From Candidatus Micrarchaeia archaeon (lineage in GTDB: Archaea > Micrarchaeota > Micrarchaeia > Burarchaeales > Fermentimicrarchaeaceae): 64,000 nucleotides of DNA. A program made the translations under genes and the position numbers. The notes beneath the pieces are model-generated. The model saw nothing but the letters and a program-made list of their open reading frames with translations, had not been told where the DNA came from and searched no databases. This document shows, piece by piece, positions 1 to 9,728 of the stretch; position 1 is the stretch's first letter; each line of letters starts with the position of its first letter. Where the stretch lies: assembly GCA_038871515.1 (NCBI GenBank), contig JAVZHX010000001.1:318915-382914 (forward strand), in the 5' to 3' direction.

Positions 1-1706
1 TGAACAACGTTTAGAAATATCGCCAGAAGCAAGCACAGCACAAGGAATAAAGCAAGCTCAGTTGGGTATTTCTCAACTTTCTGAACTTCCTCAGAGACAC
101 CTGTTTCCTCCTCAGGGCTTTCAAAAAGCTCCATTATTTTCACCGCATCCTCATCAAGCGAATCCGCATAGATTGCAAGGAGAACTGCTGATGACTGGCT
201 TCCCCCTCTCTGCATGCTTACTTTATAAAGATACTCTGCATGGTTTCCATAAAGCGCAGCCCACAACCCCCTCCACTCCCTTTGTTTCAGTAGTTGGTCA
301 GTTAACGAAGCATTCTCGCCCTCAACCATCTTTATTGCGCTTAACAAGTATTCTGAATCAAAAACTGCAGCAACAAATGAACCATTATCAAACTCTGTTT
401 TTGCAGCTTCAAAACGCCAGCCAGCATCGCCAAAATCGCTCCCTCCATATGATTCAAGCTTCTGCGCAGCTTCCTTTATTTTACCAGATGCAAATCCCTT
501 CAGCTTGCTTTCATTCACAGGTGTCCCACCAATTCTATATGCAACAGCAAACATTTCATGCGAGGCATTGCACCAGCTTTCTGCAGTTAAAAGTTCTTTA
601 AAAATGAAAAGAAGCGACTCATCATCAGTCAGGTTGCTCACAACCACCTCCCCAAGCTTCTTCTTTGCCCATGCAAGCCTCTCCTCCCCTCCAGCAACCC
701 ACTCAAAATTCTCATAAGTCATTTTTGGTTTAACTGCAGTTTGAATGCATTCTTCAACTTCTTTAACGCGTGCTTTCAACCCACCTGCCGTTATATCGCT
801 TTCCTTAAGAAAATTCAGATTTATCCCTGCAAGAAAAGCCGAGTTTGCTCCAGCGTAAATGAAATTCGCATTCTCCGCTTCCTCCGCTCCCTCCAAATCG
901 CTTTCTATCGCAGTTAAAAAGTAGGAAAACTCAGTTCTATTCTGTTTCCTAACCTCCTCAAGCGCGCTCCTGCCGTAGTTTATTATTCTTCTTGCAAGCT
1001 TCTGAAACTCCTCAAGGTTGCAGTTGGAACAAGAGACACTAGTTGGAGTTAGGTTCACCCTCTCCTTTGGTTTTACCTCCATAACATTGCTTTCCAGAGT
1101 TGTATTTGGTGAGCTGAAAGCAACCTGCATTGCGCTCTGCACATTTTCAACTTCAATTATTGTAATATTCCATTTTCTATCAAGTATGCTGAGCACCATC
1201 TTGTCAAACATATCATAGTTTTTCGGAATGAGTATTACTTTCATTCCACCAAGCACAGCCGCTCTTGTTTTCTTACCAACCTCTCCAACTTCGCCAACAG
1301 AGCCGTCCTGTTCAATTGTTCCAGTTGCAGTTAAATCCTGCCTAAGCGTTTTATTCTCAAGTATTGAAAGCATAAGCAGCGTCATTGCAAGCCCTCCGCT
1401 TGGGCCGTCAACTGATTTTGCAGTTCCATAATCGTGCAGGCGCACAAGCACATCGTAGTTTTTTGTATTAACTCCTGCAAGCTTCCCTGCAACTTTGAAA
1501 GCAGTTCTAGCTGATGTTTGAGTTTGAGCGCCAACAAGAGGGCTGGTTGCAACGTAAACAATTCCCTCTCCCTCCCTTATTTCAACTTCAATATGAACCA
1601 GCTCTCCTCCCTCCAGCAGAACGACAGCTGGCACTGGCATGGAAGCTGTTTTCGCATCTACTATTAGAGCAAAAAGCAGAACTGCCATTATGAACTTTTT
1701 TTTCAT
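1..1706 (-). CDS. Secreted Lon/S16-type serine protease (archaeal, COG1750-like); 3' part runs off the window
   Basis: Manual translation from ATG 1706: MKKKFIMAVLLFALIVDA (signal peptide), VDGPSGGLAM (catalytic Ser motif), TGTIEQDGSVGEVGEVGKK (Lys of the dyad). Not in the ORF track. Confidence 0.85.
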   Translation of the reverse strand, partial: MKKKFIMAVLLFALIVDAKTASMPVPAVVLLEGGELVHIEVEIREGEGIVYVATSPLVGAQTQTSARTAFKVAGKLAGVNTKNYDVLVRLHDYGTAKSVDGPSGGLAMTLLMLSILENKTLRQDLTATGTIEQDGSVGEVGEVGKKTRAAVLGGMKVILIPKNYDMFDKMVLSILDRKWNITIIEVENVQSAMQVAFSSPNTTLESNVMEVKPKERVNLTPTSVSCSNCNLEEFQKLARRIINYGRSALEEVRKQNRTEFSYFLTAIESDLEGAEEAENANFIYAGANSAFLAGINLNFLKESDITAGGLKARVKEVEECIQTAVKPKMTYENFEWVAGGEERLAWAKKKLGEVVVSNLTDDESLLFIFKELLTAESWCNASHEMFAVAYRIGGTPVNESKLKGFASGKIKEAAQKLESYGGSDFGDAGWRFEAAKTEFDNGSFVAAVFDSEYLLSAIKMVEGENASLTDQLLKQREWRGLWAALYGNHAEYLYKVSMQRGGSQSSAVLLAIYADSLDEDAVKIMELFESPEEETGVSEEVQKVEKYPTELALFLVLCLLLAIFLNVV

Positions 1707-1720
1707 TTTCCTCCCTTCAA

Positions 1721-1793
1721 TGCGGCCGCCGGGATTTGAACCCGGCTCGCGAGCTTGGCAAGCTCGAGTCCTACCAGGCTAGACTACAGCCGC
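1721..1793 (-). tRNA. tRNA-Gly(GCC)
   Basis: Cloverleaf GCGGCTG...CGAGC TTGCCAA GCTCG...GGTTCAAATCC...CGGCCGCA; CCA not encoded. Confidence 0.96.
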
Positions 1794-1799
1794 AACAGA

Positions 1800-1873
1800 T
1801 GCCGTGAGCCGGATTTGAACCGGCAACACTCTGGTCTTCAGCCAGATGCTCTCCCAGGTTGAGCTATCACGGC
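1800..1873 (-). tRNA. tRNA-Phe(GAA)
   Basis: GCCGTGATAGCTCAACCTGGGAGAGCA TCTGG CTGAAGA CCAGA...GGTTCAAATCC...TCACGGCA; lies 6 nt upstream of tRNA-Gly. Confidence 0.96.
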
Positions 1874-1921
1874 GCAAGAGTATTTTTGGCAAGTGAGTTT
1901 AATAACCTTTTTTGTAGCTTT

Positions 1922-2365
1922 TCAAACAATATGGCTGAAATCCTCCTTCACAACGTTAAGGACGAAGTGTGTATTTGTTCTTTCAACATTTTTCAAGCTG
2001 AGCAGATGCTTCACAAACTTGTTCAGCTGCTCTCTGTTTTTGAATTTTGCAACAACAACTGCATCGCACTCGCCAGTCACATCATAAACGGCAACCACAT
2101 GAGGAAGCTTCGCAATTTCCTCCTCCGCAGCAACAAGCTTCCCTTTTCTTGCAAACACCTCAATAACTGCAGTTAGCTCATACCCAAGCTTCTCATAGTT
2201 AAATGAAACGGAGTAGCCCTCTATCACTCCCATCCTCTCCAGCCCTCTCACTCTCTGGATGACAGTTGAGGTTGATACCCCAAGTTTTTTGGCAAGCTCT
2301 CTGAAAGAGATTCTTGAATCCTTGCTGAGCTCCCGTATTATTCTCTCATTCAAAACATCAAACAT
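1922..2365 (-). CDS. Lrp/AsnC family transcriptional regulator
   Basis: N-terminal HTH (DSRISFRELAKKLGVS), RAM domain (YDVTGECD); divergent from glnA. Confidence 0.93.
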   Translation of the reverse strand: MFDVLNERIIRELSKDSRISFRELAKKLGVSTSTVIQRVRGLERMGVIEGYSVSFNYEKLGYELTAVIEVFARKGKLVAAEEEIAKLPHVVAVYDVTGECDAVVVAKFKNREQLNKFVKHLLSLKNVERTNTHFVLNVVKEDFSHIV

Positions 2366-2500
2366 CTGTTCACCTCCATGTGTTTTTTATCATTTATTTT
2401 GAATAAACGTATTTTAAAATGTATTATTTTAGAATGTTTGTTTTATTTTTTTATAAAAGAACAAAATTATATATTTCTTGCTTGTTTTAACAATACGCTT

Positions 2501-3853
2501 ATGGGAGGAGAACAGCTAAGTGAGGAGGAGTTAAAAGGAAAAATACTGAAGGATGCGAAGGAGAATGGTTTGAAGTTTGTGAGCTTGCAGTTTGTTGATA
2601 TATTCGGCAATGCGAAGAACTGCGAGATAACAGTGAACAAGCTTGAGGATGTGCTTCACTCCGGCTTGTGGTTTGACGGCTCCTCAGTTGAGGGGTTTGT
2701 GAGAATTCATGAAAGCGATATGCTGCTCAAACCAGATTTGAAAACATTCACTTTCCTCCCTTGGACAGAGAATAAGGTTGCGAGGATGATATGCGATGTC
2801 TACACCGTGGAGGAGAAGCCTTTTGAAGGAGACCCAAGAGGAAACTTGAAGAGAGTTTTGATGAAGCTTAAGAGGGAGGGGTTTGAGTATAAAGTTGGCC
2901 CAGAGCTTGAGTTCTTTCTTTTCAAGATGACGGACGGCCCGACTCCAACTCACGAGCCACATGATGAGGGGGGATACTGGGATTTGAGCCCGTTGGATTT
3001 GGCAGTGGATGCTAAAAGAGAAGTTATTGTTAATTTGGATGCGATGGGGTTGGGGATAGAGAGGGGAACACATGAAGTTGCACCTGGACAGCACGAGATA
3101 TGTTTTAGATATGGGGATGCGCTCATGATAGCTGATAACGTTCTTACGTATAAAAATACAGTCAAAATAATTGCGAAGAAGTATGGTTTGCTTGCATCCT
3201 TCATGCCCAAACCAATTTTTGGGGTGAATGGCTCTGGGATGCACACCCACCAGAGTTTATGGAAAAATGGAAGCAATGCATTCTTTGACGTGAATGATGA
3301 ATATAACCTATCAAAAACTGCACGTCATTTCATAGCCGGACAGCTTCATCATGCAAGAGCGCTTGCTGCGGTTGTTGCGCCCACTGTTAACTCATATAAG
3401 CGTCTCGTGCCCGGCTACGAAGCGCCTGTTTACATTTGCTGGGCGAGAATTAACAGGTCTGCTTTGATAAGGGTACCAAAAGAGGTGAAGGGGAAGGGCG
3501 ATGCGAGCAGAATAGAGCTTCGCTGCCCTGACCCATCATGCAACCCATACCTTGCATTCGCTGCAATGCTGTGGACTGGTTTTGATGGGGTGAGAAGGAG
3601 GATGATTCCTCCTCCACCCGTTGAGGAGAATGTTTACCATTTTGATGATAAGAAGCTGGAAAAAATGTACATAAAAATGCTCCCCGCATCACTCAACGAA
3701 GCAACTGATGAGCTTGAGAAGAGCGGTGTAATTAAAGAAGCATTAGGCGAATATATTTTCAAAAAGCTTATTGAGATTCAGAGAAAGCAGTGGGAAGCAT
3801 ACAGAGTTCAGGTTACTCCCTGGGAGATAGAGAGATACCTTCCAATTCTGTAG
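2501..3853 (+). CDS. glnA: Glutamine synthetase type I
   Basis: FDGSS, GPELEFF, HEVAPGQHE, FMPKP..NGSGMH, NRSALIRVP, ELRCPDP motifs; start moved from 2378 to ATG 2501 because the upstream part is an AT-rich promoter. Confidence 0.97.
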   Translation: MGGEQLSEEELKGKILKDAKENGLKFVSLQFVDIFGNAKNCEITVNKLEDVLHSGLWFDGSSVEGFVRIHESDMLLKPDLKTFTFLPWTENKVARMICDVYTVEEKPFEGDPRGNLKRVLMKLKREGFEYKVGPELEFFLFKMTDGPTPTHEPHDEGGYWDLSPLDLAVDAKREVIVNLDAMGLGIERGTHEVAPGQHEICFRYGDALMIADNVLTYKNTVKIIAKKYGLLASFMPKPIFGVNGSGMHTHQSLWKNGSNAFFDVNDEYNLSKTARHFIAGQLHHARALAAVVAPTVNSYKRLVPGYEAPVYICWARINRSALIRVPKEVKGKGDASRIELRCPDPSCNPYLAFAAMLWTGFDGVRRRMIPPPPVEENVYHFDDKKLEKMYIKMLPASLNEATDELEKSGVIKEALGEYIFKKLIEIQRKQWEAYRVQVTPWEIERYLPIL

Positions 3854-3925
3854 TGGGCCCGCCCGGGATCGAACCGGGAGTTTTCACCGTGTAAGGGTGA
3901 CGTCTTACCATTCGACCACAGGCCC
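3854..3925 (-). tRNA. tRNA-Val(TAC)
   Basis: GGGCCTG...TCACC CTTACAC GGTGA...GGTTCGATCC...CGGGCCCA; 3' end abuts the glnA stop. Confidence 0.95.
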
Positions 3926-3961
3926 TTAATTTACTTAATTTAAGCTGGATAGTTTAATAAA

Positions 3962-5362
3962 TTAGGCAACTTCCTTTCCATCCCCTTTCTCAATCTTCCC
4001 TCCATACTCGCTCATCCCTGCCCTCCACCACGAGCCATAGCTTTCGCTCACCTGCTCCTCAACTGTTTTTCCTCTTTTTATAGCTGCCTCAACGTGCTTC
4101 TTTTCAATAAACTCACTTCCTTCAATAGAAGCCAAATCGCCAGCAAGCTTTATTATCCCAGAAATGCTTCTCAAACGAAGAGTTAAACCAGATGCATCAT
4201 CAATCAGCTTCGCCCTTTTTCTTGCTTCCTCAATAATTGCAAGGATTGCATCCGCGTTTGCATGCGGTATTCTCCCATCCTTCACAACTTCCTGTGCGAT
4301 GAACTGCACCATCTTCATTCTGTTCTGCTCATTATCCTCCATATATGTTCTGAGAAGCACCTCATAACCATTCCCAGATATTCTTGAGCGGAGAGGAGGA
4401 AGCAGCGAAGACAAATCATTAATATTCAAAGCAGCAACAAGTATGAAATCGCACGGGACATCATCTACCCTCACAGAAGCACCTGTGCTTGACGCGTTCC
4501 TCCCAGTTATTGGAAACTTCTTCTCCTGCATTGCGGTTAGTATATAACGCTGCAGGTAACCCAAATTTGCAATCTCATCTATGAAAAGCACTCCCTCATG
4601 CGCTTCATGAATTGCGCCTGGTATCACCCTCATGTAGGGAAGCACCCCAACCTCCGGATGCCCTCCATACGGGTCGTGGCGTATATCCCCAAGCAGCTCT
4701 GTTTCAGACGCACCTGTTGCTTGTATGAATGTGTTTCTTTTAAGCGGAACAATTACTTTTCTTGGCCTCATTTCAGAGTCAGCAACTTTTGTAAGTGACT
4801 TCTGATCATAAACCCTTACCTTATCCCCATCCGCCCTTTCATAAACAACCATCTCCTCGCTTCCATCACGGCACTTCCTTATCGTGTAAACTCTTCCGTT
4901 TGTTTTCAGTTTGCTTGAAATCAAATCATCAAACGGAGTCAAACCCTTAATCTGCTTATCAGCACCGCATTTCGGACAGGAGTATGGGTTTGTGCTTAGG
5001 CTTCCGCAAACGCTGCACGCGCAGCCAAGTTTCTCAGCAACATGGCGCGGTATTTGTGACAGAGGAACCAGCTTTCCCTCATTCCTTCCGGAGGTTGGCT
5101 TGAAATGCCTCACCTCAAGAATCGGCCTTTCAGGGTTGGAGAAGTTGTGCAACACCGCAATTTCCTCCTTTGGCGGTGGGATAAGGCGGGCAAGCGACTG
5201 GGCGATAAGGCTCTTCCCAGTTCCAGGCGGCCCAACAAGAAGCAGGTTTCTTCTCTGCTTTGCAGCTATCCTCGCTGCCTCAACTGCGCTGTTCTGCCCA
5301 ATAATCATCTCAAGTGGATCCTTAGGCAGAGCAACTTCCCTTGTGCTCTCCGGCAGGTCCAT
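3962..5362 (-). CDS. LonB-like AAA+ ATPase with Zn-ribbon insertion and no protease domain
   Basis: IIGQ, Walker A GPPGTGKS, LLGDIRHDPY, PGAIHEAHEGVLFIDE, LRSRISG; CxxC..CxxC insert; no DGPS/DGDS motif. Confidence 0.85.
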   Translation of the reverse strand: MDLPESTREVALPKDPLEMIIGQNSAVEAARIAAKQRRNLLLVGPPGTGKSLIAQSLARLIPPPKEEIAVLHNFSNPERPILEVRHFKPTSGRNEGKLVPLSQIPRHVAEKLGCACSVCGSLSTNPYSCPKCGADKQIKGLTPFDDLISSKLKTNGRVYTIRKCRDGSEEMVVYERADGDKVRVYDQKSLTKVADSEMRPRKVIVPLKRNTFIQATGASETELLGDIRHDPYGGHPEVGVLPYMRVIPGAIHEAHEGVLFIDEIANLGYLQRYILTAMQEKKFPITGRNASSTGASVRVDDVPCDFILVAALNINDLSSLLPPLRSRISGNGYEVLLRTYMEDNEQNRMKMVQFIAQEVVKDGRIPHANADAILAIIEEARKRAKLIDDASGLTLRLRSISGIIKLAGDLASIEGSEFIEKKHVEAAIKRGKTVEEQVSESYGSWWRAGMSEYGGKIEKGDGKEVA

Positions 5363-5416
5363 GAAGTTATTTAGATGTTACAATTTTATAATCGTTTTGA
5401 GGGAAAAAATAAAAAA

Positions 5417-6619
5417 TTAGAACTTTGTTGAGATGAGCATCTCCTCCGGCTTTCTGAATATGTTGCCAAGCTTCACCCCGAGAAGCACTTTCACTCCCTT
5501 GCTTTCAGCCAAATCAACAAGCCGCTGGGTTACTATTCCATCGAGCACAACTGCGTAAACTGGGGGTGACTCTGTAAGTGTTTTAATCAAATCCCTCACT
5601 GGAACCTCATACTTTAAATTAAGTTGCTCATCATACACCCTTGCCCTTAACGTATTTTCAAGCTCGTTTAAACTTGCCTGTAAAATTTGGGGTGGTTCCA
5701 CATCAGTTCCAATTTTTGTTATCTCTGATAAAACGTCTGGCTGGGCTTTTTCCTCAACTGGTTTCGCATATGGAATTTCCTCTGCTTTCACCCTTGCGTT
5801 CTCAACCTGCTCAATTGGAACCTTGCTTCTCAAGCACTTTATTATCTCCTTCCTTGTCAGCTCCTCCACTTCCTTTCCTGGAGGCGCCCTTGCTATGTAA
5901 TCTATTTCAGCAACTTGGGAAAGCTCCTTCAGTATTATATCCCCTCCCCTGTCCCCATCAAGGAAAACAGTCACTTCCTTCTCCCTGCACAAGGAAGCAA
6001 GCGACTTTGGAACGTTTGCTCCTCCGACTGCAATCACATTGTTTATATCATTTTTAAGCAGGTTTATCACATCAGCTCTCCCCTCAACAATTATTATTGA
6101 GTCATACGAGTTGATGTTTGGACCACTCGGAAGCTTCTCAGGCCCATACTCAGAAACCTCTGCTGTTTTCACCTCCTGTCTCACAAGCTCAGAAATCTCT
6201 TTGCTTTCCGGTATTTCTGTTGTGAGCAGCGTTTTCAGCAATGCTTTTGCCCTGTCTATCACAACTTTTCTCTTCGTATTTCTCGTATCCTCAATCTTCT
6301 CAACAGCAACCCTTGCTTCACAGGGACCTACTCTGTCAACTGTTTCAAGCGCAGCTGCAAGAATGCTTGTCTCCACCATATCCAAAGAAGAGGGAAGTAT
6401 TATCCTTCCAACGCTCTTCCCTCCTCTAACCTGCAGCTCAACCTCAATTCTCCCTATCCTCCCGTTTTTTTGCAGCTCCCTCAAATCAAGCTCGTCTCCG
6501 AGCAACCCTTCCGTCTGTCCAAAGATTGCACCTACTACGTCTGGCTTCTCAACAAGCCCATTTATCTCTATACTTGCGTACACAACATACTTCACGGTGT
6601 CAATATACATTTTCGCCAT
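5417..6619 (-). CDS. dnaG: Archaeal DnaG (Toprim, exosome-associated)
   Basis: VEKPDVVGAIFGQTEGLLG, IIVEGRADV, FLDGDRGG. Confidence 0.96.
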   Translation of the reverse strand: MAKMYIDTVKYVVYASIEINGLVEKPDVVGAIFGQTEGLLGDELDLRELQKNGRIGRIEVELQVRGGKSVGRIILPSSLDMVETSILAAALETVDRVGPCEARVAVEKIEDTRNTKRKVVIDRAKALLKTLLTTEIPESKEISELVRQEVKTAEVSEYGPEKLPSGPNINSYDSIIIVEGRADVINLLKNDINNVIAVGGANVPKSLASLCREKEVTVFLDGDRGGDIILKELSQVAEIDYIARAPPGKEVEELTRKEIIKCLRSKVPIEQVENARVKAEEIPYAKPVEEKAQPDVLSEITKIGTDVEPPQILQASLNELENTLRARVYDEQLNLKYEVPVRDLIKTLTESPPVYAVVLDGIVTQRLVDLAESKGVKVLLGVKLGNIFRKPEEMLISTKF

Positions 6620-7027
6620 TCAATCACCTATTTTCTCTCTAAACTCCTCCAGTTTCCTATCAATCTCCTCAAAGTTCCGCAACCCAAGTATGTATTGAAG
6701 CTTCCTCCTCATCTCCGTATTTGGAAGGACATTGTGCGCTCGCAACTCCTCCTCAACTCTTGAGCATAGCTCCTCCCCAGTTCTATCAAAGTCAGTGAGT
6801 ATCACCGCTTTATCTGCAACTTTTGAAACTCTCTCGCAAACCCTGTCAGGAGACATATTTATCACCATTATTCTGTTTTTCACTCCTATGCGTTCCAGTG
6901 CTTCCTTATCTCTCTTTCCCTCCACGAGAACAACTGCCTCGCTCTCCGCAAGCTCTGTCAGAGCTGTGCTCAACAGCTTCATTTTCCTCTGCATCTTCTT
7001 TGCGAGCAGAGGAGTTGCTTTCTTCAC
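6620..7027 (-). CDS. Small Toprim domain protein
   Basis: VLVEGKRD and ILTDFDRTG; GTG 7027 follows a GAGTGA SD. Confidence 0.85.
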   Translation of the reverse strand: MKKATPLLAKKMQRKMKLLSTALTELAESEAVVLVEGKRDKEALERIGVKNRIMVINMSPDRVCERVSKVADKAVILTDFDRTGEELCSRVEEELRAHNVLPNTEMRRKLQYILGLRNFEEIDRKLEEFREKIGD

Positions 7028-7071
7028 TTCAATCACTCGCGTTGCAGAAGGTGTGAAGAGAATAAGAGTAG

Positions 7072-7136
7072 TGTACTGTGCAATGTTGACTGAATTTCAT
7101 AGATCGGCTTTCTCCATCAGCCATCCTTTGCACAGC
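7072..7136 (-). ncRNA. Candidate H/ACA-like hairpin sRNA
   Basis: GCTGTGCAA/TTGCACAGT basal stem immediately followed by ACA, internal loop, GGCTGA/TCAGTC upper stem; TTTATATA about 23 nt upstream; pyrimidine-rich tail. Confidence 0.4.
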
Positions 7137-7168
7137 AGTTATATTTTGACTGAACTGCTATATAAACA

Positions 7169-7714
7169 TTAAACTGACTCCTCTTCAATGCACTCCTCGC
7201 AAACTAACTTGCCCCCGCTCTTTGTGAGCGTCTCAGAGTAGTTCCCGCATACCTCACAATGCCCCGAGGAAATTTCCACAGATGAACTTTCTATGTGCGC
7301 TCTCTCGTGCATTATGTCATAAAGGCCAGGTGATATTTTGATTATGTCAGTTTCACCGATTATGCCAATCAACCTGCCTTTTTCATTCACCACTGGCAAT
7401 CTCTTTATTCCCTCATCCCTGAGAATTTCTGCAGCTCTTTGAACTGTTTCATTTGGACTGATTGTTTTCAGTTTGGAGTGCATTACCTCCTTCATGAGAG
7501 TCTTTCTGGGGTCTCTCCCCTCAGCAACCACGCTGCGAGTTATATCCCCTTCTGTAACTATTCCAACTGGGACTTCATCTCTCACTATGATAACTGAACC
7601 TATCTTATGATCTCTCATAAGCTTCGCTGCCTCCATAACGGTGTTGCTTTCCGCGAGGGTTACAACCCCTCTTGTCATACAATCTCCTACTCTTATCTCT
7701 TTTACCTTCATCAA
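7169..7714 (-). CDS. Tandem CBS domain protein with C-terminal Zn ribbon
   Basis: VGIVTEGDI, IKRLPVV; C-terminal CEVC...CEEC. Confidence 0.9.
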   Translation of the reverse strand: MMKVKEIRVGDCMTRGVVTLAESNTVMEAAKLMRDHKIGSVIIVRDEVPVGIVTEGDITRSVVAEGRDPRKTLMKEVMHSKLKTISPNETVQRAAEILRDEGIKRLPVVNEKGRLIGIIGETDIIKISPGLYDIMHERAHIESSSVEISSGHCEVCGNYSETLTKSGGKLVCEECIEEESV

Positions 7715-7775
7715 TTATTTTTTGAATGAACAATTTTATAAAACTTCTTAGAATACCCTTAACAGGTGTTTTTGA

Positions 7776-8156
7776 GTGCTCAGGTATGCGAAGGGTGCAA
7801 GAAGCGAAAGGGAGCTGATTAATTTATTTTCTGAGAGAGGTTACTCTGTAATAAGGGCTGCTGGAAGTGGAGTTAGTTCCCTCTGCCCAGACATACTTGT
7901 TTTCAAAGGGGGCAAGCAGTATGGGTTTGAGTGCAAAGCATGGGAATCAAGTAGTTTGAGCATAGAGAAAGAAAAAATAAAAGCATTGAAGGAGTGGGAG
8001 AGAAACACTGGGATAACAACATTTATTGCATGGAGAATAGGGTGGGTGGGCTGGAGGTTTATTTACCTTGATGAGCTTGAGGAGAAGGATAAAAACTACA
8101 CAATAACAATGAAGAAAGCTATGATGATAAACAGAGGAATTGAGGAGCTGTGCTGA
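7776..8156 (+). CDS. hjc: Holliday junction resolvase
   Basis: KGARSERELI, IRAAGSG, PDIL, FECK (PD-ExK). Confidence 0.93.
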   Translation: MLRYAKGARSERELINLFSERGYSVIRAAGSGVSSLCPDILVFKGGKQYGFECKAWESSSLSIEKEKIKALKEWERNTGITTFIAWRIGWVGWRFIYLDELEEKDKNYTITMKKAMMINRGIEELC

Positions 8157-8203
8157 GGGATATGTTTTTTAACCACTAAACAGAATATTTATGGGGGTGT
8201 TGC

Positions 8204-8590
8204 ATGAAGGAGTTACTTGTGCTTGCAAAAGACAGAATAGGTTTGTTGGCAGACCTTTCAGCTGCGCTGGGGCAGGCAAATATCAATATTGAATCCATCT
8301 CTGCTGACACAATAGGTGATAAAGCGGTTATCCACCTTGTTGTTTCAGATGAAGTAAAAGGAAAGGAAGTGCTTGAGAGGAAGGGGTTTATTGTGATGAG
8401 CTCGGATGCGCTTGTTGTGAAGGTGCTTGACAAACCAGGTGAGCTCTCCAAAGTTGCAAGAGTGCTTGCTGATGCGAAAATAAATATAAAGAATGTTCAG
8501 CTTCTCACAAAGGAGGGAGAGATAGCTTTGTACATGCTGAGGGTGGATAACGTTAAAAGAGCTGAAAAGCTGCTTAAGGGTTATATGTGA
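8204..8590 (+). CDS. Tandem ACT domain protein
   Basis: DRIGLLADLS...NINI and DKPGELSKV...INI repeats. Confidence 0.85.
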   Translation: MKELLVLAKDRIGLLADLSAALGQANINIESISADTIGDKAVIHLVVSDEVKGKEVLERKGFIVMSSDALVVKVLDKPGELSKVARVLADAKINIKNVQLLTKEGEIALYMLRVDNVKRAEKLLKGYM

Positions 8591-9063
8591 TGAGAAAGCT
8601 CACCTCTTTTCCTTCAAAGAGAAGCAACTCCCTTCTGGGATGGTATAAAGTGAAAAACCCTCTCAGAGTTGTTTTCAACTTCCTTCTTATTTACTCGGCA
8701 AGGTATCTTCCATCACTGAGCTTGAAGAATTTCTTTTATAGATTGACTGGGATGAAAGTTGGAAAGGATGTTGCAGTTGGGCTTGGTGCGGTTTTTGATA
8801 TTTTCTTCCCTGAGCTTATTGAAATTGGGGATAACTGCATAATTGGGTATAACGCAACAATACTTGCTCACGAGTTCCTTCACAAGGAGCTGAGAGTTGG
8901 GAGGGTTAGAATTGGAAAGAACGTTCTCATTGGAGCGAACACAACTGTTCTTGCAGGCGTTACTATAGGGGATAACTCAAAAATATCCGCATGCTCGCTT
9001 GTGAATGACGATGTGCCTGCAAACTCATTCTACGCAGGGGTGCCGGCAAGAGGAGTTAAATGA
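8587..9063 (+). CDS. Hexapeptide-repeat acyltransferase
   Basis: IGDNCIIG, IGKNVLIGANTTVLAGVTIG, GVPA. Confidence 0.88.
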   Translation: MMRKLTSFPSKRSNSLLGWYKVKNPLRVVFNFLLIYSARYLPSLSLKNFFYRLTGMKVGKDVAVGLGAVFDIFFPELIEIGDNCIIGYNATILAHEFLHKELRVGRVRIGKNVLIGANTTVLAGVTIGDNSKISACSLVNDDVPANSFYAGVPARGVK

Positions 9064-9728
9064 AAAACATTCTGTTTCTTATAATTGTCATAAATTTCAT
9101 CGGAATGTTGTATGGTTATTATTACTATTACGAGCAGCTTACCTCATCACCTCTCTGGCTCTGGGTGTTTATACCTGACTGCCCTTTTTACGTAACCGTG
9201 TTCACACTTGTGCTGATTCTTGCGCTATTTGGATTTGAGAATAAACTGCTCAGCTGCATTGGGGCAGTTGGAATGATGAAGTATGGGGTGTGGACGTTAC
9301 TTGCTTTACTGGTTTTTCATGAGTACTTTTTCTCAGAGTCTCTCTGGCTTCTCTCCTCCATTTTATTTATTCTCCATATTGGAATGTTTGCAGAAGGCCC
9401 TCTTTTAATTAATAAAAAGTTGAGCGGAAAGCACTTTCTTGCTACTTTAATTTGGTTTCTGATAAATGATTACTTTGATTACTTCCACGGTTACACCAAC
9501 CTGCTTGGTGAATACATTATTGGAACTCATCCTCTCCTTCCCTCCAAGGAAGGAGTTGTTCTTATGATGGTGCTCACGTTCGCGCTTACCTTTTTAATGA
9601 GTGGGTTTGCTTACTGGCTTTCGCTGATGGAGTTTTGGTGGCCAGCAAAAAAGGAAGTTGAAAGCACCGTAAAGGAGTTTCAGAAAAGCGCAAAAACAAG
9701 TAAGGGAAGAAGGAAGAGAAGAAGGTAG
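9060..9728 (+). CDS. DUF1405-like membrane protein
   Basis: GYYYYYEQL, FIPDCP, KYGVW, NDYFDY; multiple TM segments. Confidence 0.75.
   Translation: MKNILFLIIVINFIGMLYGYYYYYEQLTSSPLWLWVFIPDCPFYVTVFTLVLILALFGFENKLLSCIGAVGMMKYGVWTLLALLVFHEYFFSESLWLLSSILFILHIGMFAEGPLLINKKLSGKHFLATLIWFLINDYFDYFHGYTNLLGEYIIGTHPLLPSKEGVVLMMVLTFALTFLMSGFAYWLSLMEFWWPAKKEVESTVKEFQKSAKTSKGRRKRRR

Noticed and set aside
62..1431. Plus-strand ORFs 62-601, 505-717, 1018-1218, 1228-1431
   Set aside because: Shadow ORFs antisense to the S16 protease gene. The same applies to most short Ser/Phe/Leu-rich antisense ORFs in the track.
2378..2500. 41-aa N-terminal extension of glnA
   Set aside because: Very AT-rich divergent promoter region shared with the Lrp gene; no GS similarity.
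3851..3856. tRNA-Val (and tRNA-Met) 3' ends abutting convergent stop codons as antisense regulation
   Set aside because: Zero-gap and overlapping convergent ends occur throughout the window and are explained by genome compaction.
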